Shown: positions 1 through 11,159 of the stretch, one piece after another
Position numbering within the stretch: the first letter of the stretch is position 1
Layout of the letters: each line of letters opens with the position of its first letter
Assembly: GCF_022045235.1 (NCBI RefSeq)
Contig: NW_027266264.1
Span: forward strand, 46,562,001-46,626,000
Reading direction: 5' to 3'
DNA: 64,000 bases
From: Haliotis cracherodii
Taxonomy: Eukaryota
The notes under the pieces: generated by a model
The model's database searches: none
Told to the model about the DNA's origin: nothing
The model's input: only the letters and a program-made list of their open reading frames with translations
Translations under genes and position numbers: made by a program

Positions 1-375
1 ATTCTTGTAATCGCCGCTTCCACACCGGTGGCATTGATATTACCAGCAGTTTAACCATGATGTCGCTCACTGGAAGGAACTTGGATCAGCTGCTTCCATA
101 AGTCAATTATGCTTGAATTTGAACAGGTTGATTCAGACAGAGCGGCTAAAAGTATACAATGTGTAAGCAAATGGTAGAAGTTTAATAAAATGTTCAGTTT
201 GCATGACCTTGAAGTTCTTGGAGGGAGCCTTGAAATATTAGAGCATGAATTGTGACTCTAACTCACTACAAACCCGGTCATGACAATACTATTCTTGGAT
301 TGTTCAAGTTTATCGGTAAGAATTCTAGTTACTTGAGTCACTGCTGAATAATGATCTCATTTTCAAATATTTCAG

Positions 376-468
376 GGCAGAGGTTCCTGTTGAATGGAGA
401 TATTTTAGGTCTAGACAACTTAAGGCGAGTTCGTGTGTTGACACAAGACCGACTTGGAACACTTAAGG
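376..468 (+). CDS. PTCD2: PTCD2-like gene, first coding exon visible in window (5' exon(s) with start codon not seen)
   Basis: ttcag/ acceptor and /gtatgt donor. Translates (G)QRFLLNGDILGLDNLRRVRVLTQDRLGTLK, resembling the PTCD2 'KRYLLT..' N-terminal region. Phase joins the next exon. Confidence 0.75.
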
Positions 469-723
469 GTATGTCAATATGTAACCATTGTTACAGGTAA
501 CACTAATAGGAGACAGAAAGCCTGTGTTTTCGCTAAATTCTTATTTAAGTTGAAGTTCACTTTACTTGAAAATATTGTCCAAGTTTCCCTCCATAGTTCC
601 AATAGTGAGTCTTGACAAAATAGGATATTTGGTCCTGCTGGGGCCAGTCATACATTGTCCTGAAGGTTGACATCTCTTGGTGTCACAAAGTTTCAACTAA
701 TGTTTTTGCTGTGATGATTCCAG

Positions 724-856
724 GAAGTTTTATGGAACGTATGCAAAATCTAACAGCTAGAGAAGGACAGACGATATTTACAGAGGACTTGAAGACGACA
801 GTAGCCGTTACAGAAACAGATGAAGATCTAGAGACACTAGTAGCCATGTTGAAAAG
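724..856 (+). CDS. PTCD2: PTCD2-like exon
   Basis: ccag/ and /gtaggg boundaries. Translates GSFMERMQNLTAREGQTIFTEDLKTTVAVTETDEDLETLVAMLKR, including the IFTEDLK motif typical of invertebrate PTCD2. Confidence 0.85.
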
Positions 857-949
857 GTAGGGGCGGATTTTTAATGAAAGTTTGAAAAGTTCAATTAATA
901 TTCATAGGAAGTGATGTATAGATGTCTGGTAGATATCAGCTGTGAAGGT

Positions 950-1520
950 TATTATCCCCTGCCAGGAAGTGGGATATAAGAACTTCCTCTGTATATTTCT
1001 TTCTGTCAACTACTCAAAGGGGACAAAATTTCTCAAGAACTGTTTAAGTTAGAGAAATGAAATTTTACACATTGATGTTACTGGTCGTGATCTCAAATGA
1101 GTTGAAAACTGGTGTTGTAAATTAATTTTTTTATAGATTTATGGCCCTTGCTCTGTCCTTTCAACTTCGGCCAAACTGCATGAAATGGGATGGTGTTCTT
1201 AGAAACAACTGAAGTTACATGAATGAAAGTTTGCATGCTTATCTGCAACATACTTGTCAAGACTGAGTTTGTAAATTGGTGACATTATTTAATTTTGAGA
1301 CAGTTGTGCTCTTGATTTATGTTATTATGCCCAGCCCAGTAGTGGGGCTGGGGAATAAAGTATGTATGTATGGGGACACATTAGTTCTTGAAAACTATTT
1401 ATGTCAGAGAAATGAAATTGTACACCCTGATTTTTTCTGATGACACATTCACTACTGTATGCACAAACAAAATTCTAATGTTCCCCATGGCTGGGGATAG
1501 TGATAACACTGTTACTTGTT
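950..1520. mobile_element. Degenerate non-autonomous Helentron/DINE-like (HINE-type) element
   Basis: 5' 'ttattatcccc..ggaagtgggatata', repeated 'agagaaatgaaatt.tacac', and a 3' hairpin 'ccccatggctgggga' followed by 'acttgtt'. Same layout as 19181-20238. Confidence 0.35.
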
Positions 1521-1629
1521 GATTTCTGAATTACCAGTCGGTATTGTGTGTGTTTTGCCTTTAGCCTATACTTGATGTGCAGTGGTTTGAGGATGGCTGA
1601 GTTGAATGTGATTGTGTATGGTTGTGCAG

Positions 1630-1756
1630 GTTTTGTGCAGACCGGGCACAAGACACGGAGGATTCTCCCCGACCGTACTGCTTCGGGCCACCAGTGTTAC
1701 GTTTGCTGCACATCAGGAATGAAGTAGACAAAGCAGTGGAGCTGTTCCAAGATGAG
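1630..1756 (+). CDS. PTCD2: PTCD2-like exon
   Basis: gcag/ and /gtgaga boundaries. FCADRAQDTEDSPRPYCFGPPVLRLLHIRNEVDKAVELFQDE resembles the PTCD2 'Y.FGP...RL......AVEL' segment. Confidence 0.88.
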
Positions 1757-1917
1757 GTGAGAGGCAAACCTCCTTGTCAGCTGCCCAACTATAGGTTTGG
1801 TGGACTGAATAAAAATGTATGAAGAATGCTGTATTATTTTGTTCAAAGTTTTATTTTATAGGAATATTTGGTAAGGTGTGATAAGTACAATGAAGATAAT
1901 GTGTTTTGGGAAATGAC

Positions 1918-4335
1918 AGTACAGCCTGTATGAAGTCAGGTATTGGTAGTAGGTAGTACAGTCTGTATGAAGTTAGGTATTGGTAGTAGGGAGTATGGCC
2001 GGTATGAAGTTTGGTATTGGTAGTAGGGAGTATGGTCTGTATGAAGTCAGGTATTGGTAGTAGGGACTATAGTCTGCATGAAGTCAGGTATTGGTAGTAG
2101 GGACTATAGTCTGTATGAAGTCAGGTATTGCTAGTAGGGAGTATGGTCTGTATGAAGTCAGGTATTGGTAGTAGGCAGTACGGGATGTATGAAGTCAGGT
2201 ATTGGTAGTAGGGAGTACGGCCTGTATGAAGTCAGGTATTGCTAGTAGGGAGTATGGTCTGTATGAAGTCAGGTATTGGTAGTAGGCAGTACGGGATGTA
2301 TGAAGTCAGGTATTGGTAGTAGGGAGTACAGTCTGTATGAAGTTAGGTATTGGTAGTAGGGAGTACGGCCTGTATGAAGTTAGGTATTGGTAGTAGGGAG
2401 TACGGCCTGTATGAAGTCAGGTATTGCTAGTAGGGAGTATGGTCTGTATGAAGTCAGGTATTGGTAGTAGGCAGTACGGGATGTATGAAGTCAGGTATTG
2501 GTAGTAGGGAGTATGGCCTGTATGAAGTCAGGTATTGGTAGGAGGGAGTATGACCTGTATGAAGTTAGGTATTGGTAGTAGGGACTATAGTCTGCATGAA
2601 GTCAGGTATTGGTAGTAGGGAGTACGGTCTGTATCAAGTCAGATATTGGTAGTAGGGACAATAGTCTGTATAAAGTCAGGTATTGGTAGTAGGGAGTATG
2701 GTCTGTATGAAGTCAGGTATTGGTAGTAGGCAGTATGGGATGTATAAGTCAGGTATTGGTAGTAGGGAGTACGGTCTGTATGAAGTTAGGTATTGGTAGT
2801 AGGGAGTACAGCCTGTATGAAGTCAGGTATTGGTAGTAGGGAGTACGGCCTGTATGAAGTCAGGTATTGGTAGTAGGGAGTACGGCCTGTATGAAGTTAG
2901 GTATTGGTAGTAGGGAGTACAGTCTGTATGAAGTCAGGTATTGATAGTAGGGAGTACAGTCTGTATGAAGTTAGGTATTGGTAGTAGGGAGTACAGTCTG
3001 TATGAAGTTAGGTATTGGTAGTAGGGAGTACAGTCTGTATGAAGTCAGGTATTGGTAGTAGGGAGTACGGTCTGTATGAAGTTAGGTATTGGTAGTAGGG
3101 AGTACAGCCTGTATGAAGTCAGGTATTGGTAGTAGGGAGTACAGTCTGTATGAAGTTAGGTATTGGTAGTAGGGAGTATGGCCTGTATGAAGTTAGGTAT
3201 TGGTAGTAGGGAGTACGGCCTGTATGAAGTTAGGTATTGGTAGTAGGGAGTACGGCCTGTATGAAGTCAGGTATTGGTAGTAGGGAGTACGGCCTGTATG
3301 AAGTCAGGTTTTGGTAGTAGGGAGTACGGCCTGTATGAAGTCAGGTATTGATAGTAGGGAGTACGGCCTGTATGAAGTCAGGTATTGGTAGTAGGGAGTA
3401 CAGTCTGTATGAAGTTAGGTATTGGTAGTAGGGAGTACGGCCTGTATGAAGTCAGGTATTGGTAGTAGGGAGTACGGCCTGTATGAAGTTAGGTATTGGT
3501 AGTAGGGAGTACAGCCTGTATGAAGTCAGGTATTGGTAGTAGGGAGTACGGCCTGTATGAAGTTAGGTATTGGTAGTAGGGAGTACGGCCTGTATGAAGT
3601 TAGGTATTGGTAGTAGGGAGTACAGTCTGTATGAAGTCAGGTATTGATAGTAGGGAGTACAGTCTGTATGAAGTTAGGTATTGGTAGTAGGGAGTACAGT
3701 CTGTATGAAGTTAGGTATTGGTAGTAGGGAGTACGGCCTGTATGAAGTCAGGTATTGGTAGTAGGGAGTACGGCCTGTATGAAGTCAGGTATTGGTAGTA
3801 GGGAGTACAGTCTGTATGAAGTTAGGTATTGATAGTAGGGAGTACAGTCTGTATGAAGTTAGGTATTGGTAGTAGGGAGTATGGCCTGTATGAAGTCAGG
3901 TATTGGTAGTAGGGAGTACAGTCTGTATGAAGTTAGGTATTGGTAGTAGAGAGTATGGCCTGTATGAAGTTAGGTATTGGTAGTAGGGAGTATGGCCTGT
4001 ATAAAGTCAGGTATTGGTAGTAGGGAGTACGATCTGTATGAAGTTAGGTTTTGGTAGTAGGGACTATAGTCTGTATGAAGTTAGATTTTGGTAGTAGGGA
4101 GTATGGCCTGTATAAAGTCAGGTATTGGTAGTAGGGAGTACGGTCTGTATGAAGTCAGGTATTGGTAGTAGGGAGTATGGCCTATATGCAGTTAGGTATT
4201 GGTAGTAGGCAGTACGGGATGTATGAAGTTAGGTATTGGTAGTGGGGAGTATGGCCTGTATGAAGTCAGGTATTGGTAGTAGGGAGTATGGTCTGTATGA
4301 AGTCAAGTATTTGTAGTAGGGACTATGGCCTGTAT
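1918..4335. repeat. 37-bp minisatellite, ~65 copies, intronic
   Basis: Unit gtatgaagtcaggtattggtagtagggagtacggcct with point variants. Confidence 0.97.
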
Positions 4336-4602
4336 CGCCTGTAAGTTGATTTCTTGTCAGTCATTTCATTGGTCGGTCAAACTTTGCAAAAGGTTGTTCT
4401 GATATGACCCGTAATGGGATGTCCTCTGATCTTTGTTTAGCGGTAGCGAAAACTAAGATCTGATTTTAATGAGATTGGGTTTTCACTTGTCTAACCCTGA
4501 TTTGCCAAAAGCATGCTTTTCAAAGTTTTAATTTTATTTCATATTTGGAAAACATAATTATTCTGATCAAAAGTAAAATGCCTCATGTGTTCGAGACAGA
4601 AT

Positions 4603-4763
4603 GGGGTGGTGGGGTAGCCTAGTGGTTAAAGCATTTGCTTGTCACGCCTTAGACCCAGGTTTGATTCCCCACATAGGTACGTGTGAAGCCCATTTCTGGT
4701 GTCCCTCACCGTGATATTGCTGGAATATTGCTAAAAGTGACATAAAACAATACTCTCTCACTC
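4603..4763 (+). mobile_element. tRNA-derived SINE (family A)
   Basis: A-box gtagcctagtggtt, B-box ggtttgattccc, 3' gatattgctggaatattgctaaaag and an (actc)-type tail. Second copy at 5816-5973. Confidence 0.8.
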
Positions 4764-4860
4764 TTTTGACCATAGGAATAACTTGTTTAGTATTTCCCTT
4801 TCTAATACTCAAAGATTGTCTCTGGTCACAAGTGAAGCACGATGTTGTGAGACGGCCTCT

Positions 4861-4992
4861 GAAGCTGCTTGGATGACCTAAGTTACAGTGTCTGATGTGC
4901 AGCAGTACCTGCCTTGAAGCAGCAGTAAATAAATGTGTGTAAAGGTACTGCTGCACATCAGACACTGTAACCTAGGTCATCCAAGCAGCTTC
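4861..4992. repeat. Inverted repeat, 50-bp arms (1 mismatch) with 32-nt spacer
   Basis: 4861-4910 is the reverse complement of 4943-4992 except A4881 opposite C4972. Confidence 0.95.
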
Positions 4993-5378
4993 CCAAATTT
5001 GAATTAAACCATTCCTACTTTATGCTGTTCTGGCTTTGTGGCGGTGTCTTGTATTTCACCGATAACTGGACCAATATAGAGGGAGGCTCTATGGCTTTGT
5101 TTACAATCATTGCATTGTATGCAATGTTAAACGTTAATGTTAAAATACCTCTCAAATTAGGCAAAAATATAAAATTATAAAAAACCATCCCAATTTGCCT
5201 GCCAGGTATCCTGGGATTTATATCTGTTTTGTATCCTGCTATTCACTAAGTGTGAGTAAACCATACTCACTGCCTCATGTTCCCTGGAGGGACTGAGTTT
5301 GTGTGTGGGACTCCAGCAATGGTTTCACCTGGTGCTGATTGGAAGTATGGTTGTTGAGTGTTTGTTGTGTTGTTGCAG

Positions 5379-5558
5379 AGCCTGAGGAGCCTGTTTGACA
5401 ACATCTCCAGCTACATGCTCATCATGGACATGCTGTACAAGAAGGGCCGCTACCCAGAGGTTGTCGAGTACTACAAGCAGCTAAAGGAGTTTGGTGGCGA
5501 CGACTTCAGATACCCCATCAACTGCATGACGTTGTTGTTTGCTTCATTGTATAAAATA
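5379..5558 (+). CDS. PTCD2: PTCD2-like exon containing a PPR motif
   Basis: ttgcag/ and /gtatgt boundaries. SLRSLFDNISSYMLIMDMLYKKGRYPEVVEYYKQLK...LLFASLYKI is a PPR helix-turn-helix of the 'S.N/M..MDML...G.Y' type. Confidence 0.9.
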
Positions 5559-5815
5559 GTATGTTCATAGTTTACCAATTTTGAGACAAACACTGTTATT
5601 TTCAAACTCAAGTACAAGTATATCGGACAGTTGTTGTTTGGGTCTGCCATCTTGAAAGGTACACTGTTATTGTCAATCACAAGTCAATGTATCTGCGGAT
5701 TGTTGTATTGGGGTCCACAATCTTTAAAGATATACTGTCATAATCAAGCTCCAATTCATGTGTACCATCAGTCAGTGTTATCCAGCAATATCTCTCCATC
5801 GCTGCTGTCAAATGT

Positions 5816-5973
5816 GAGGCGGTGGGGTAGCCTAGTGGTTGTCACGTCGAAGTCCCGGGTTTAATTCCCTACATGGATACAATGCGTGAAGACCATTTCC
5901 TGTGTCCCCCGCTGTGATATTGCTGGAATATTGCTAAAAGTGGTGTAAAACCGTACTCACTCTCAGTCACTCG
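5816..5973 (+). mobile_element. tRNA-derived SINE (family A), second copy
   Basis: Aligns to 4603-4763 (ggggtagcctagtggtt ... gctggaatattgctaaaag ... actcactc). Confidence 0.8.
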
Positions 5974-7309
5974 CTGCTATCAAATGTAAGGTTCCTGAAC
6001 ACGTTGAGAGTTGTTTCCATGATCCATTGTCCATCATTCATTATTACCCCTCCTGAATCAAGTAGACTCATGTTGTGGCTCATTGTCTTCTGTTTATTGT
6101 CTGTCTGGTTGTCTGTTGTTAACAGTAACCATAATACTGTTAAAAGCGGTGTTTAACCCAACTCACTCACTCACTCACAAAATGATCTCTAAGTGAAGAA
6201 AGAACTCCCTTACTTCTCTGATTATTGTTTAAGTAATAACACAACTCATGACAAATACAGTTACGTATTCTATCATAAACTACTGATGGCATAAAAAACA
6301 CCAGTAGTAACATTTTTGGTGCGTGTAATTAGGCCATTTACAAAAAAAGGTCCAGTGACAAAGTTCACAGGGGCTAATGGCTTGCACACAACTGGACATG
6401 TCATACTTGCAGGGGATATGAATATTTCATGCTTGTTTAATTTATATGCAGCAAGTATGCAGAATCAGTACTGAAAAAACAGCGTGGGTGAAAGTGCCTT
6501 GTGTGAATGTTCCAGGACAGTTTCCAGTAGCCAAAATAGTCAACACAAAACCATTGCACCCTTTTTACTCAACATTTTTATGTGAAGAATATTAGGATTC
6601 TATAGAATCAACAACAGCCACTAAATGAGTACCTAGTTCTAATGATCGTAAAGGGATTGATCGTAAAGGGGATCCAAGGGCTAAGGATAGAGTTAGGGGT
6701 AACCTTCCCTAACACTGGCGACATTTGGATTTGTTCAGCAATATCCCTAATAAACTGCATTCTTGTGCCTAATAATGAAAATTAATGAACTGGAAAAATA
6801 ATAAATGTATATCAGTTCCCATTTTTAACCATTTCAGAGACTTGAATTACGAGAAATATGAAATAAAAAATTTATAAAAAAATAAGGGCTTTCATAAACT
6901 AGCGCTTGCTCTAAAATGTGCTGCTGCAGGCTATATTTAGTAAACAAATATTCAAAACTCGCAACACTGCTGGGCTTATTCAATGACATTGCGTGTAGAG
7001 ATGATTGATCACTGGGAGGAGCTTATGCACACTCAATGACCCCTGAACCCTGGTCATTGTTTCGCGGATGTGACTGGCAACAAAATACTACAAATTACGT
7101 CATAGAGTAATGTCACATGTTTGAAAAGTTTGTGGCACTGTATTCTAAAGGTAGGCCTTTCTTCATTATGTTGAAATAATGTTGAGGTCTATGAGATTTT
7201 CTGATTGATGACATGTTTGACTGTATGGGCTTCCATGTTTGGATACTGGATGGCAGAATAACATGATTAATGCCCTGTCTTTCCTCATTCTCTGGGTTTG
7301 ATATTTTAG

Positions 7310-7423
7310 AACACAGAAGAGTCCTTGACTTTGAGTTTGAAGTACCTGAGGGATATTCAAGCAGCAAGATTCAGGCCATCAGGGCGCAGTCTGTCATTCA
7401 TCGCCGCCCTTGCGGTTAACCAG
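7310..7423 (+). CDS. PTCD2: PTCD2-like exon
   Basis: ttttag/ and cag/gtaagg boundaries. NTEESLTLSLKYLRDIQAARFRPSGRSLSFIAALAVNQ corresponds to PTCD2 'NSPES...SRRA..FA.ALALNQ'. Phase 0-0. Confidence 0.88.
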
Positions 7424-8239
7424 GTAAGGCCGTCATGTTACCTCATCACCTGAGTTAACCAGGTAAGGCAGTCATGTTACCTCATCACCTTAGTTATCCA
7501 GGTAAGGCCGTCATATTACCTTATCACCTGAGTTAACCAGGTAAGGCAGTCATGTTACCTCATCACCTGAGTTAACCAGGTAAGGCCGTCATGTTACCTC
7601 ATCACCTGAGTTAACCAGGTAAGACTGTCATGTTACCTCATCACCTGAGTTAACCAGGTAAGGCCGTCTTGTTACCTCATCACCTGAGTTAACCAGGTAA
7701 GGCTGTCATGTTGTCTCATCACCTGAGTTAACCAGGTAAGGCCGTCATGTTACCTCATCACCTGAGTTAACCAGGTAAGACTGTCATGTTACCTCATCAC
7801 CTGAGTTAACCAGGTAAGACTGTCATGTTACCTCATCACCTGAGTTAACCAGGTAAGGCCGTCTTGTTACCTCATCACCTGAGTTAACCAGGTAAGACTG
7901 TCATGTTACCTCATCACCTGAGTTAACCAGGTAAGGCCGTCATGTTACCTCATCACCTGAGTTAACCAGGTAAGACTGTCATGTTACCTCATCACCTGAG
8001 TTAACCAGGTAAGGCCGTCATGTTACCTCATCACCTGAGTTAACCAGGTAAGGCCGTCTTGTTACCTCATCACCTGAGTTAACCAGGTAAGACTGTCATG
8101 TTACCTCATCACCTGAGTTAACCAGGTAAGGCCGTCATGTTACCTCATCACCTGAGTTAACCAGGTAAGACTTTCATGTTACCTCATCACCTGAGTTAAC
8201 CAGGTAAGACTTTCATGTTACCTCATCACCTGAGTTAAG
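7415..8239. repeat. 39-bp tandem array, 21 copies, each containing the exon-end/5' splice donor
   Basis: Unit gttaaccag|gtaaggccgtcatgttacctcatcacctga. The first unit overlaps the PTCD2 exon end at 7423. Units start at 7415, 7454 and so on, with a final partial unit at 8234. Confidence 0.97.
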
Positions 8240-8699
8240 CAGTTGTGTGTGTACGGGTTATGACCTTATGGATTGTCTCAGTAAGGTGTTGAAATTTATC
8301 TTAGCTAAGATCGTTTCGAAAATCTAGGCTCTGGCCTGGAACTACTGAGCATGAGTTCAGCCTTATGGCAGGCTCTTTCATGTTTCTTGCTTCCATCATT
8401 CACATGAAATATTATATAACTGATCACTGAATCTCATTAAATCTCATTTAATTTGCCATGTCAGTTGCTTTATATTCAGTTGTGAATATTCATGATATGC
8501 CAGCAGAAGTAAATATGATTCTTTCCCCTATCTCTCACAAAGTTTATTTCAACCACAATTATTATGAATATGCTTTGATCTATTTGTTGAAAGTAGCCTG
8601 ATCTAGCCTGAGAGACATAAGACTTTAGGATTGTCGTGTCTGTAAGCATGTCAACAATATTGATGATTTGTCTGTCATTACACATCTTCTGTTTCTCAG

Positions 8700-8774
8700 G
8701 GAAAGCCAGCGACTGGCTTGGAGGTGTGCACATCTGCCCCCAATCACAGGATAGTTGGGGTGGTAAATATCAAG
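8700..8774 (+). CDS. PTCD2: PTCD2-like exon
   Basis: tttctcag/ and aag/gtaagt boundaries. Translates GKPATGLEVCTSAPNHRIVGVVNIK, phase 0-0. Confidence 0.8.
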
Positions 8775-9343
8775 GTAAGTGTGCTGGAATTTGCATCTGG
8801 AACAATTTGTTTCACCATAGACCTGTGATAGGACAAGTTGATTTTGAATCTCGAATAAGCATTGTCCGTAATTGTTTTTGAAATTATGGATTTTACTTTA
8901 GGGTAGTAACATTAATTTTCTACTAAAGTACTGTCTTCCAGAAATGCTAGAAAACTGCTTTTCTGGCTTATTTCATAAATACGAGTCATAGGACCATAAA
9001 AAGAGCATATATCAAAATAACGCGAATTTGCGCTCATCTAGCCTGTCCTAACTGACACTGTGATTACCCTTAAAATGTACTTTTACTGGTAAAATGATGA
9101 TAAACTTAGAAAATATTCGTGTGTTGTCATGCATGTATGAAATGGCCTATAACATGAGGTAATTACCTCACACAGTCCTATGCATTCTCCCAGGTGCAAA
9201 TGTCACCGAGTGGGGGCTGGTCTCAAAATATTGCTGTTATTATACTTAATTGACATGCGTTGATGAGGTAGCAATCTAGGATATGTACTGCATTATATTT
9301 GCTTGGAAACATGATGGACTAGTTAGTTATCTCCGCTGATGAC

Positions 9344-10225
9344 TAGGGCTTCAACGAGTACTCTAGTCCTCAGGGGCGGGTCGGTTCGGTTTTAGTGGGA
9401 CTCAAGTCCGTTATCAAGGACTTGAGTACTCGATAAGGGGAGATCACTCTGTTTTAATATTGTTTGAATAATGTTTTCTTTGTAGAAAGTAGATGTACAT
9501 TAGAACAATTGAGAATGTCACATAAAATATACGTAATTATTGTTTATACTTCCCGACTTTGAATGTATCAAGGCGATTATTGCTTCTTTGCTCCGACTCA
9601 AATGCCAAGTGTATTCCCTTACACAGATTAACAACTGATTAGCTGGTATATATGTGCTATTTCAGTGCTTACAAATCAAGCGACAGGTCGACAGTTTGGT
9701 ACAGTTTGAAAACGTAACCAACTCATGAATGAATGAACTTATAGAACTACATTTCCATATTTAACAGCCTTATTCTTGCAGTCCAGCAGCTGTGTATACG
9801 TGTATGTCACGTGATGCACATTATCGATTTTCTTCCTACGAATTACTGTTTGTGCTTGTTGGCAGGTGTCGAATGAAATGCTGATCGTCAGAAAAAAACT
9901 TGGTTTGTGTTCAATATGTATTGTAGTATTTGTAGACGTGACGTAATGTTTTTTAAGGTCGTGATAAGGACTAGTGCAGTTACAAGCAAACTTTAACACT
10001 GAACACTTCCATACACTTGGACAGTTAAACAAGTTCCATAGACGCTTTCTATTTACATTTCAGTTTAGTTCAATTATACTTATAACATGTTTTAATACTT
10101 TTAGATTGCAATTTTGATCTAATGAACCAATATTCTTAAACTAAAGTACGTCCTATTTTCGGGTACGAGTTGAGTTTCACCCCTCGGGTACTCGAGTCCA
10201 AAAAATTGGACTCGTGAAAGCCCTA
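9344..10225. mobile_element. Non-autonomous hAT-type DNA transposon (MITE) with 8-bp TSD
   Basis: Imperfect TIRs tagggcttcaacgagt / actcgtgaaagcccta. Exact flanking duplication ctgatgac at 9336-9343 and 10226-10233. Confidence 0.88.
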
Positions 10226-10399
10226 CTGATGACGTATATGAATCTGTACTTTTGAATGTTGTGTTATGTCTTGCCACGAACCCTGTACATTTAGCCAAGA
10301 TAGACACAACAAGGTTGAGCTCACGATGTCTGACTGCCGTACGTAAGACAACGTAACCGTGTTGTGCCGCCAGCACATATGTCTTGTACTTTACTGGTA

Positions 10400-10790
10400 T
10401 CTTATTCAGACGAATTTTCCTGTATGGTTGCCTTCAGACTACTCATGGTTTGGGCGACAGTATCTGATTCCCGGACGTTATTTTAACTGGAGTTATCCAT
10501 GACAATCACACTGACGTTGTTTAAAATGGGCAATAGCTGAAGTTCCAACCAGTCTATGAACACATCACCTCCTATAATTTCCTTATGAAAATCACCAGTT
10601 TTCTTTTTCGCCTCGAAAACATCCATCAATAAGCCACATATCATGGGTTGCAATGTGCAAAACAATGACACGATTACCTTTACCTGATGGTACCATGGGT
10701 GCTTTTTGTCCATCTGCCAATAGCCACATGTAGTCAGTGGAATGATTTACCAAGGTAAATCATCTGGACGCCCTGACTGTATGAATGAAA
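10400..10790 (-). mobile_element. IS630/Tc1/mariner-like transposase fragment
   Basis: ORF 10483-10713 'GDFHKEIIGGDVFIDWLELQLLPILNNVSVIVMDNSS' resembles the second-Asp 'VIVMDNA' region of DDE transposases. Confidence 0.6.
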
Positions 10791-10972
10791 TAATGTGACC
10801 TCATAGACAGGATGGAATATTTTCCCCTGAAAAGTGCTCATTCATCGCCACGTGCAGTGTATCAAAATTCCATCTCTTGGAGAGCAATAGTGCAGTCCGG
10901 GAAACATTAATTGTATCTTTAATTCCTCCCAAATTCTACTACAAGTCAGGATTACCTTCTGCTCATAAACAA

Positions 10973-11158
10973 TCCCGGTTCGACCCAATTATGTTTCTAG
11001 GTTTGTCAGCACCATACCCGTGCTCGTGGGTTTCATCGAAGTCGTAAAAGTCTGAGACCTGCATCACTTCGGGCTTTCCTCCCACATCAAGCTGACACGC
11101 CGTGATATAACTGGAATACTGTTAAAAACGGCGTTAAACCAAACTGACTCACTCACTC
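10973..11158 (+). mobile_element. SINE family B, 5'-truncated copy
   Basis: Matches 20433-20664 and 40003-40281 (tttctaggtttgtcagcaccatacccgtgctcgtgggtttca...), with an (actc)n tail. Confidence 0.8.
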
Positions 11159-11159
11159 T

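Noticed and set aside
4603-4680. tRNA-gene-like sequences here and at 5816, 20433 and 40190-40281
   Set aside because: They are A/B-box heads of SINEs followed by SINE bodies and tails, and no complete cloverleaf is present.
1918-8239. Regular 37-bp and 39-bp repeats resembling CRISPR arrays
   Set aside because: The units are head-to-tail with no unique spacers, there are no cas genes, and the context is eukaryotic introns.
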